A DNA stretch of 64,000 nt, from the NCBI GenBank assembly GCA_036679645.1, contig JAZDCY010000033.1:1-64000 (forward strand), read 5' to 3'. The notes under the pieces were generated by a model. The model saw only the letters and a program-made list of their open reading frames with translations. It was not told where the DNA came from and ran no database searches. Positions 57,743 to 64,000 of the stretch are shown in pieces. A program made the position numbers and the translations under genes. The stretch is from Gemmatimonadota bacterium (GTDB lineage Bacteria; Gemmatimonadota; Gemmatimonadetes; Gemmatimonadales; GWC2-71-9). Numbering within the stretch: position 1 is the stretch's first letter; each line of letters begins with the position of its first letter.

Positions 57743-57770
57743 GTACACAATTCCCAAAAGCAAGAGCAGG

Positions 57771-58352
57771 TCAGATGCTGCGGAGTAACTCCATGAACGG
57801 AGCGAGGATACGCTCGGTCATCCCCCAAATCAGGTGGGCGCCAACACGGTACCCGGACACGACGAGATCCTGCCCGCGCACGCATACGGTCTCGGTCACA
57901 CGCGACTCCTCTAGTTCGTCCAGTCCGGCCCAGACGTGCAGCGCGACCTCAGGGCAGGACTGCACGGCGGGCGGACTCGAGAGGCCGAAGACGAAGGGAC
58001 GGACGACGATCTGGGGAAGATGGGGGCTGACCGGGCTGAGATCGCCCAGCTGACCGAGGTAATCAGCGCGCGACAAATCGAGTCCGGTTTCCTCCCGGGC
58101 CTCACGAGCTACGGTGGCGAGAAGATCGGCGTCCGCGGGGTCTCGTCTGCCGCCGGGTAGCGCCATCTGCCCCGACCAGGGATCTCCAAGACGCTCTGTG
58201 CGTTTAATAAAGAGAGCCCGCAAGCCGGCATCGTCGGACGGCACGAGCATGAGCGCAACCGCAGCCTCGCGTAGATCTGGCGTGATTGGGACTTGGCGAG
58301 GCGGCGATACCGACAGCCGGTCACGTATCGCCTCAAATGTGATATTGGTCAC
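57771..58352 (-). CDS. CoA pyrophosphatase (NUDIX)
   Basis: AAVAL, WSGQMALPGG, AREAREETG, IWGMT. Confidence 0.92.
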   Translation of the reverse strand: MTNITFEAIRDRLSVSPPRQVPITPDLREAAVALMLVPSDDAGLRALFIKRTERLGDPWSGQMALPGGRRDPADADLLATVAREAREETGLDLSRADYLGQLGDLSPVSPHLPQIVVRPFVFGLSSPPAVQSCPEVALHVWAGLDELEESRVTETVCVRGQDLVVSGYRVGAHLIWGMTERILAPFMELLRSI

Positions 58353-58428
58353 AGTTTTTCCAAAAAGGGCATACCTCTTGCGGCCTCCTTTATCTTGGGT
58401 GCGGAAAGACGGCAACCTTTACCGGGAG

Positions 58429-58581
58429 GTTCCTATTCGCAGCTTTCGTGTTGGACTCTTGGCCATCGCCGCTGTAACGGCCGCGAGTCTCTGGCTGCGT
58501 CGCCGGCGCCCTGCGCTCGCCGCGGCTGGATTGAGCGGTCGGACACCTCAGGTGGCAGACCTGCGCGAAGCGGGTCTCTAG
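58429..58581 (+). CDS. Possible small membrane-anchored protein (start uncertain)
   Basis: FRVGLLAIAAVTAASLWLRRRR..DLREAGL*; no clear start codon. Confidence 0.3.
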   Translation, partial: VPIRSFRVGLLAIAAVTAASLWLRRRRPALAAAGLSGRTPQVADLREAGL

Positions 58582-58663
58582 CGTCCGGGCGGCCTCATGC
58601 GGGGCCGCCTTCGTTTTCTACCCCACCCCGAGCCAGCAGCGCCCGGGGAGGCCATTCGTTTTC

Positions 58664-59515
58664 TCACCCAAAAAGGTGTTTCACGAACCAGTTCACAGTT
58701 GCATCTATCGCGCGGTCCAACTCCGGCGTACTTCCGGCCCAAGGATGCCGGGCGCCGAATGTATGGCTGCCGTGAGCGATCGTGAGCAGTTCAGCAACCC
58801 GCGCGCCCGCGCCGGCAAGTTTGTTGGCCTCGGCAAGGGGAACCACCTCGTCTCCCTCTCCGTGCACGATGAGCCACGGCATCTCCAGTCGCTCAGCCGC
58901 GCCAGGGATGTCGAAACACCCCTCGCGGTCCCCATCGAGTTCGTCGAGCAGGTCGCGGTACAGGGGAAGTACCTCACCAGTCCGCGCGTTCTCGACGTCC
59001 AGCTTCCCGCGCAATCGCCATTTCGCGATGGCCTTCATGTCCCAGCGCAGCGGCTTCGCTATGGCCGACCACGTGACCAACGCATCGATCCCGCGGTACC
59101 GATCCGCGAACAGGATAGCCGTGCCGCCTCCGCGACTGTGCCCCAACACACCCAGCCGCGTCGGTGGCGCAAGATCGGGAGCGAGCGTGCCGGACCGCAA
59201 CGCGCTCACGACGGTATCGAGGTCAGCAAGGTCACCGGTGTAGGTCATGTGGCCGAAGCGCTCGGGCTCGGAGAAACTCTCGCCGTCCGGCCCCACACCA
59301 CTGCCGGAGAAGTTGAACGAGACAGCAACACACCCCGCGTGCGCGAGGCGGCTTGCGATGTGCGGAAAGAAGCCCCAGTCCTTGAAGCCCTTGAATCCGT
59401 GGCAGATGACCACGGCGGGACGTCCGCCGCCGTCGCTTGCGGCACGGATATCGCCACGCAGGGGGCCGCCGTCTGTGCCCCGCAACTCGAATCGGGTCAA
59501 TCGGGGTGTCGCCAC
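58664..59515 (-). CDS. Alpha/beta hydrolase
   Basis: HGFKGFKDWGFF, GHSRGG, HGEGDEVV, HTF. Confidence 0.92.
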   Translation of the reverse strand: MATPRLTRFELRGTDGGPLRGDIRAASDGGGRPAVVICHGFKGFKDWGFFPHIASRLAHAGCVAVSFNFSGSGVGPDGESFSEPERFGHMTYTGDLADLDTVVSALRSGTLAPDLAPPTRLGVLGHSRGGGTAILFADRYRGIDALVTWSAIAKPLRWDMKAIAKWRLRGKLDVENARTGEVLPLYRDLLDELDGDREGCFDIPGAAERLEMPWLIVHGEGDEVVPLAEANKLAGAGARVAELLTIAHGSHTFGARHPWAGSTPELDRAIDATVNWFVKHLFG

Positions 59516-59596
59516 GATCGCTTTGACCTCAGTGGTTCGGGGTATCTAGATTCCCTAACCTGACCGCATCCTAAGGAGCCCGTCATACCTCTCACC

Positions 59597-60151
59597 ATGC
59601 GCCCATCGCAATCGACGCTCGTCGCGGTCGGTCGTGGACTGGCCGCCAGTCGCGACGAACTCGTCAAGTCCTGGACGCAGTGGACGCTGCGGCGGGTGGC
59701 CGCCGCGCAGACCATCAACGCGGCGACCCTCGAGCGGCAGATCGCGCTACTGGTCGACGTGCTCGTGGAGCTTGCCGGTCCGCTCCGTCGCCAGGCCATG
59801 GATCTGTGGCTGGTCGCCTGCGAGGGCTACGGCCGTACCGCGGCCGAGCGCGGCCTGGCCGCCGGCGAGGTGGTAGAAGAGATCCAGCATCTGCGCGAGC
59901 TGTTGATCCGGCATCTCTCCGACGTAGTCGCGGCGTTACCCGCGCGCGCGTTGGTCGCCACGGTGCTTCGCCTCAATCGGTTGGTCGACAGGGGTATCGC
60001 ACACGCGGTGGTGGGGTACACGGACGCGCTCGTCGAAATCTTCTTCAACCAACGCGGTGTGCCTGTGGGCACCAGCGGCCCTATCGAAGAGGAGACCGCC
60101 GCCCGTCTGAGCCAGTTGGAGGCCGAGCTCGAGAAGCTGCGCGAGGTGTAG
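59597..60151 (+). CDS. Helical hypothetical protein (RsbRD-N/globin-like)
   Basis: YGRTAAERGLAAGEVVEEIQHLRELL. Confidence 0.7.
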   Translation: MRPSQSTLVAVGRGLAASRDELVKSWTQWTLRRVAAAQTINAATLERQIALLVDVLVELAGPLRRQAMDLWLVACEGYGRTAAERGLAAGEVVEEIQHLRELLIRHLSDVVAALPARALVATVLRLNRLVDRGIAHAVVGYTDALVEIFFNQRGVPVGTSGPIEEETAARLSQLEAELEKLREV

Positions 60152-60157
60152 CGACCG

Positions 60158-60961
60158 CTAACCGGCGACCTCCTCACCACCATCACAGTTGATCACGTTC
60201 CCGGTAATCCAATCCGTGCCGCGATCGCACAGAGCCACGACGGCACGCGCCACGTCATCCGGCGTGGTCAGCCGGCCATGCGGATTCCGTTTGGCCGCTT
60301 CCTCGAACAGCTTGTCACTTCCGGGTATGCGAATCGCCGCCGGCGTGCGTGTCACGCCGCCGCGCAGCGCGTTCACCGTAATGCCCTTGTCACCCAACTC
60401 AACTGCAAGTTGGCGCGTGTGGGACTCGAGTGCACACTTTGCCGCCGACACCGCACCATACGATGAGATGACGCGCGTCGAGCCGGAGGAGGTCATTGCA
60501 AGGATCCTCCCGCCTTGTCCCATCAGTCCGCGGTGCACCAGATCCTGCGCCCAGTACACGAGGGAATGCCCCATGACATCGAGCGTCATGTCGATATTCT
60601 TTTTGCTCAGTACGTCGTCGCCGATGTACGGCTTGAGCGTGCCAAACGCGAGCGAGTGCATCAAGACGGCAATCGTGCCGCCATTCGCCTGAGTTTCCTC
60701 TGCGAGGGCGTCGCACACCTGAGTGCGCTTTACTTCATCGGCCGCATTGATATTGAAAAACAGCGTGCGCCGGCCGAGCCCTTCGATGTGCTGCTTGATC
60801 TCATCGACGTGCTTGACCCCGGCCTTGCGGTCCAGATGGACGCCCGCTATGTCGTACCCTGCGGCGGCAAGCGCCCTCACGGTCGCTTCGCCGAATCCGC
60901 TCGACGCTCCAAGCACGAGGGCCCAGCGCGGCGTCGTCGTCTGTGCGTGCGCCAACCCCAA
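60158..60961 (-). CDS. SDR oxidoreductase, FabL-like enoyl-ACP reductase
   Basis: GASSGFG, YGAVSAAK, WITGNVINCDGG. Confidence 0.88.
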   Translation of the reverse strand: MGLAHAQTTTPRWALVLGASSGFGEATVRALAAAGYDIAGVHLDRKAGVKHVDEIKQHIEGLGRRTLFFNINAADEVKRTQVCDALAEETQANGGTIAVLMHSLAFGTLKPYIGDDVLSKKNIDMTLDVMGHSLVYWAQDLVHRGLMGQGGRILAMTSSGSTRVISSYGAVSAAKCALESHTRQLAVELGDKGITVNALRGGVTRTPAAIRIPGSDKLFEEAAKRNPHGRLTTPDDVARAVVALCDRGTDWITGNVINCDGGEEVAG

Positions 60962-60992
60962 CCTCCGGTGAACGGTCCGCGGAAACTACCCC

Positions 60993-62216
60993 ATGAGCAA
61001 GAACGTCGCTATCGCGGTCGGTCTCGTGCTGGGTCTGGGCCTCGGACTGGCCGCCGCTGGCACCCAATCTACGGCACTCCTGAAGCTGGCCGATGGAGTT
61101 GCACCACTGGGCGAAGCATTCATCAATCTGATCAAGGTTGTGGTGGTCCCGCTCGTTGCCGCGACGCTCTTTACCGGTGTAGCTAACCTGGGCAGTTTCC
61201 GTCAGTTAGGCCGACTGGGCGGCATGGCGCTCGCGTTCTATTGGGGAACGACGATCGTCGCCATCACGATGGGGATGGCCATCACCGCGGCGGCGCTGCC
61301 GCTCGCGGGACCCGCTGGAACCCTCCAACCATCCGGCGAGTTCGTGGCACCCGACATTCCCGGCTTCACGGAATTCCTGGTGAACCTGGTGCCGTCAAAC
61401 GTGTTCGCCGTCGCGGCCGAGGGCGCGCTGCTCCCGCTAATGGTCTTCACCGTGCTGTTCGGTGCGGCCGCCGGTGCGCTGCCACCGCCTGAGAAACGGC
61501 GTCTGCTGGATCTCGTCGATGCGCTCACGAAGGCCCTGATCACGCTCGTGCACTGGATTCTCTGGACCGCACCGGTCGGCGTGTTTGCGCTCGCGGCACC
61601 GGTCACCGCCAAGACGGGCTTCGACCTGCTGCGGAACCTGGGAGTCTTCGTGGGCGCCGTTGCAGTGGGGCTCCTGTGTTTCGTAGCCCTTGTTTACCTG
61701 CCGGCCGTGAAAATTATTGGCAAGACGAACGTGCGGCGTTTCCTCCCGGCCAATCTCGGGACTGTAACCATTGCCTTCTCGACCACCAGCACAGCCGCTA
61801 CGTTGCCGGCCATGTTCGAGGCCGCCGAAGACCGGTTAGGCGTATCCCGCACGGTTACCAGTTTCGTACTGCCACTCGGCGCCGCCCTCAATCGGGCGGG
61901 AAGCGCGCTCTTTCAGGGGTCGGCTATCGTCTTTCTTGCGCATCTGTACGGCGTGGACGTCGCGGCCACCGCAATAGGCGGCGCGATCGTTGCGACCTTT
62001 CTCGTGGCCCTCACCGTCGCCGGCGTGCCCAGCGCGAGCGTCATGACCCTGCCCCCCGCATTAGCGACGGTCGGTATCCCGCTGGACGGCATCGGCATCC
62101 TCCTCGGCGTAGATCGCATCCCGGACATGTTGCGCACGGCGGTGAACGCTACGGGTGACGTGGCCGCGTGTGTCATCCTCAAAAGCTCCGTCGGGGCCGC
62201 TCAATCACAGGAGTGA
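60993..62216 (+). CDS. Dicarboxylate/amino acid:cation symporter
   Basis: AFSTTSTAATLP, FVLPLGA, VDRIPDMLRTAVNATGD. Confidence 0.93.
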   Translation: MSKNVAIAVGLVLGLGLGLAAAGTQSTALLKLADGVAPLGEAFINLIKVVVVPLVAATLFTGVANLGSFRQLGRLGGMALAFYWGTTIVAITMGMAITAAALPLAGPAGTLQPSGEFVAPDIPGFTEFLVNLVPSNVFAVAAEGALLPLMVFTVLFGAAAGALPPPEKRRLLDLVDALTKALITLVHWILWTAPVGVFALAAPVTAKTGFDLLRNLGVFVGAVAVGLLCFVALVYLPAVKIIGKTNVRRFLPANLGTVTIAFSTTSTAATLPAMFEAAEDRLGVSRTVTSFVLPLGAALNRAGSALFQGSAIVFLAHLYGVDVAATAIGGAIVATFLVALTVAGVPSASVMTLPPALATVGIPLDGIGILLGVDRIPDMLRTAVNATGDVAACVILKSSVGAAQSQE

Positions 62217-63037
62217 CACAGGTCATTCGGCTGGTTTCCGTCAATATCTGGGACCTGCCCATCCACGTACCGTTCGGTGACCGTCACGGACGTCGCCGGC
62301 ACCTGCTCGCGCAGCTCCCACAACTCGACGCGGATCTCGTGTTGATCCAAGAGGCGTTTCGGCCGGCGTTCCGCGCGCGCTTGCACGAGCAGATGGCGTA
62401 CTCCTACTGGGCGCCGGACCCGGACACATCGCGGCGCGTCCTGTGGATGCACATGGATCGACACGGCGGCCTGATGACCTTCTCTCGCTGGCCCATTGAG
62501 CGAACGACGTTCCAACTCTGGCGTTCGCCACCGCGCATGCGAATCGACGAGCGGATTGGCGGCAAGGGCTGCCTCTGGACCCGCATCGCAACACCTGCCG
62601 GGGCGCTGCTGGTAGGCCACGTCCACATGTACGCGGGCAACGCCGCGCGCGACGCGCGTGCGCGCTGGGGGCAAACGCGCGAGCTACTGACCCGAGGTGC
62701 GATCGATAGCACGTTGCCGACGTTGCTCATGGGCGACTTCAACATGGCCCGAGACGTGGAAACCACGCTGCGCAAGGATACCGGGTTCGATCTCTTGGAC
62801 GATGACGGGTTCGAGGAGATCGCGGGGGGGTATACGGGCGATCTTGCGACGATGGCACCGCGCCGGAACCGTTACGCCGCGTTCGTGCAGCGCGTGCGTC
62901 GCGGGCGCCGTCCGACTCAAGTGTTCTTCCGGGGCCTGCATCCGGGACCTCCGCCGCCACGCATCTGCCTCGACGATCCTCCCGTGTCCGACCACTTCGG
63001 CCTGGCGGCCGAATTGCGAATGACGAATGTCCAATGA
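62213..63037 (+). CDS. Endonuclease/exonuclease/phosphatase family protein
   Basis: DLVLIQE, GDFN, SDHFG. Confidence 0.9.
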   Translation: MTQVIRLVSVNIWDLPIHVPFGDRHGRRRHLLAQLPQLDADLVLIQEAFRPAFRARLHEQMAYSYWAPDPDTSRRVLWMHMDRHGGLMTFSRWPIERTTFQLWRSPPRMRIDERIGGKGCLWTRIATPAGALLVGHVHMYAGNAARDARARWGQTRELLTRGAIDSTLPTLLMGDFNMARDVETTLRKDTGFDLLDDDGFEEIAGGYTGDLATMAPRRNRYAAFVQRVRRGRRPTQVFFRGLHPGPPPPRICLDDPPVSDHFGLAAELRMTNVQ

Positions 63038-63064
63038 TGAATTACGAATGTCGAGGGTGCTGCC

Positions 63065-63430
63065 GTGCTCCTGCGCCTCCTCGCTGATACGCTCGTCGCC
63101 GTCCACTTCGCCTTCGTGCTGTTCGTCGTGTTCGGCGGGTTCCTCACCTGGCGTTGGCAACGTGCCGCGTGGATCCACCTGCCGGCGGCGGCATGGGGCG
63201 CGCTCATCGAGTTCATGGGATGGATTTGTCCGCTCACGCCGCTCGAGAACACGCTTCGACGCCAGGCGGGTGAAGCAGGGTACACGGGCGGGTTCATCGA
63301 GAACTACGTCATACCGATCGTCTATCCGGCGGGACTCACCCGCAACGTGCAGTTGATGCTCGGTGTGCTGGTAGTGGCGGTGAATCTGGTAGCGTATTGG
63401 GGGTTGGCGAGAAGACGAAGAGGAGACTGA
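63065..63430 (+). CDS. DUF2784 membrane protein
   Basis: HFAFVLFVVFGG, CPLTPLENTLR, GFIENY. Confidence 0.92.
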   Translation: MLLRLLADTLVAVHFAFVLFVVFGGFLTWRWQRAAWIHLPAAAWGALIEFMGWICPLTPLENTLRRQAGEAGYTGGFIENYVIPIVYPAGLTRNVQLMLGVLVVAVNLVAYWGLARRRRGD

Positions 63431-63444
63431 CTTATCTTCCGACC

Positions 63445-64000
63445 ATGCCAAACACTCTCCCCCCACTGATCCCCCGTGACGTGCTCTTCGGCAACCCGGA
63501 ACGGGCGTCCCCCCAGATCTCGCCCGACGGCCGTCGCCTAGCGTACTTGGCACCACTGGACGGCGTCCTGAACGTCTGGGTCGGCCCCACCGGTGGAGAT
63601 GCATATGAACCGGTCACCCATGATGCGGATCGCGGCGTGCGCGTCTATTTCTGGGCGCACGACGGACGGCACCTGATCTACCTGCAGGACAAGGGGGGCG
63701 ACGAGAACTGGCGGCTGCATTCGGTCAATCTGGAGAGCGGGACCGAACACGACCTGACCCCATTCGAGAAGGTACAGGTCAACATCCTCGCTCACCGCAA
63801 GCAGCACCCGCACGAGATCCTGTTCGCCATGAACAAGGACGACGAGCAGTTGCACGATGTCTACCATCTCGACTTGCGCACGAACGAGATACAGCAGGTC
63901 GAAAAGAACCCGGGCGATGTGATGGGCTGGATTGCGGATGTCGACTTGCGGGTGGCCGCGTGTGTTGCCATGACACCCGATGGCGGCTCGACGCTTCGTG
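63445..64000 (+). CDS. S9 family peptidase, N-terminal part (runs off window)
   Basis: LIPRDVLFGNPERASPQISPDG..LNVWV..QDKGGDENW. Confidence 0.9.
   Translation, partial: MPNTLPPLIPRDVLFGNPERASPQISPDGRRLAYLAPLDGVLNVWVGPTGGDAYEPVTHDADRGVRVYFWAHDGRHLIYLQDKGGDENWRLHSVNLESGTEHDLTPFEKVQVNILAHRKQHPHEILFAMNKDDEQLHDVYHLDLRTNEIQQVEKNPGDVMGWIADVDLRVAACVAMTPDGGSTLR

Larger units (their letters stand above)
54615..57755 (+). mobile_element. IS1595-family element with passenger genes (3141 bp)
   Basis: IRL GGGAATTATGTACTTGACGTAAA; IRR (reverse complement) GGGAATTGTGTACTTGAGTAAA; AAAAGCAA duplicated at 54607-54614 and 57756-57763. Confidence 0.95.

Overview
High-GC bacterial chromosome segment. The gene repertoire (tricorn/S9 peptidases, DUF885, 'RYRVEREI..GGMATVYLA' Ser/Thr kinase, intergenic 7-8-mer tandem repeats) suggests Gemmatimonadota; this is inference only. 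Layout: (1) 1-19 kb, transport/peptidase genes, several with internal deletions or frameshifts; (2) about 19-30.3 kb, accessory region ending at tRNA-Gln/tRNA-Ala, with attC-like palindromic repeats separating short genes, toxin-antitoxin pairs, Mrr and an IS110 remnant, but no integrase; (3) 30.7-54.5 kb, mostly housekeeping (cupredoxins, rnz, Mla-type ABC, nadE, sigma54 locus, DtxR-multicopper oxidase-ZIP operon); (4) 54615-57755, a complete IS1595-family element with terminal inverted repeats and an 8-bp target duplication; (5) 57.8-64 kb, housekeeping. The most striking signal is the IS1595 cargo. It holds two tRNA genes whose bodies do not match their anticodons (Leu-type body with Pro TGG; His-type G-1:C73 acceptor with Gly GCC), a Shine-Dalgarno-led Met-Pro-Pro-stop minigene just upstream of the Pro-reading tRNA, a 17-nt antisense to the other tRNA's anticodon arm, a structured non-coding leader, a GIY-YIG-like nuclease and a winged-helix protein. 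All calls are by eye; no searches were run.
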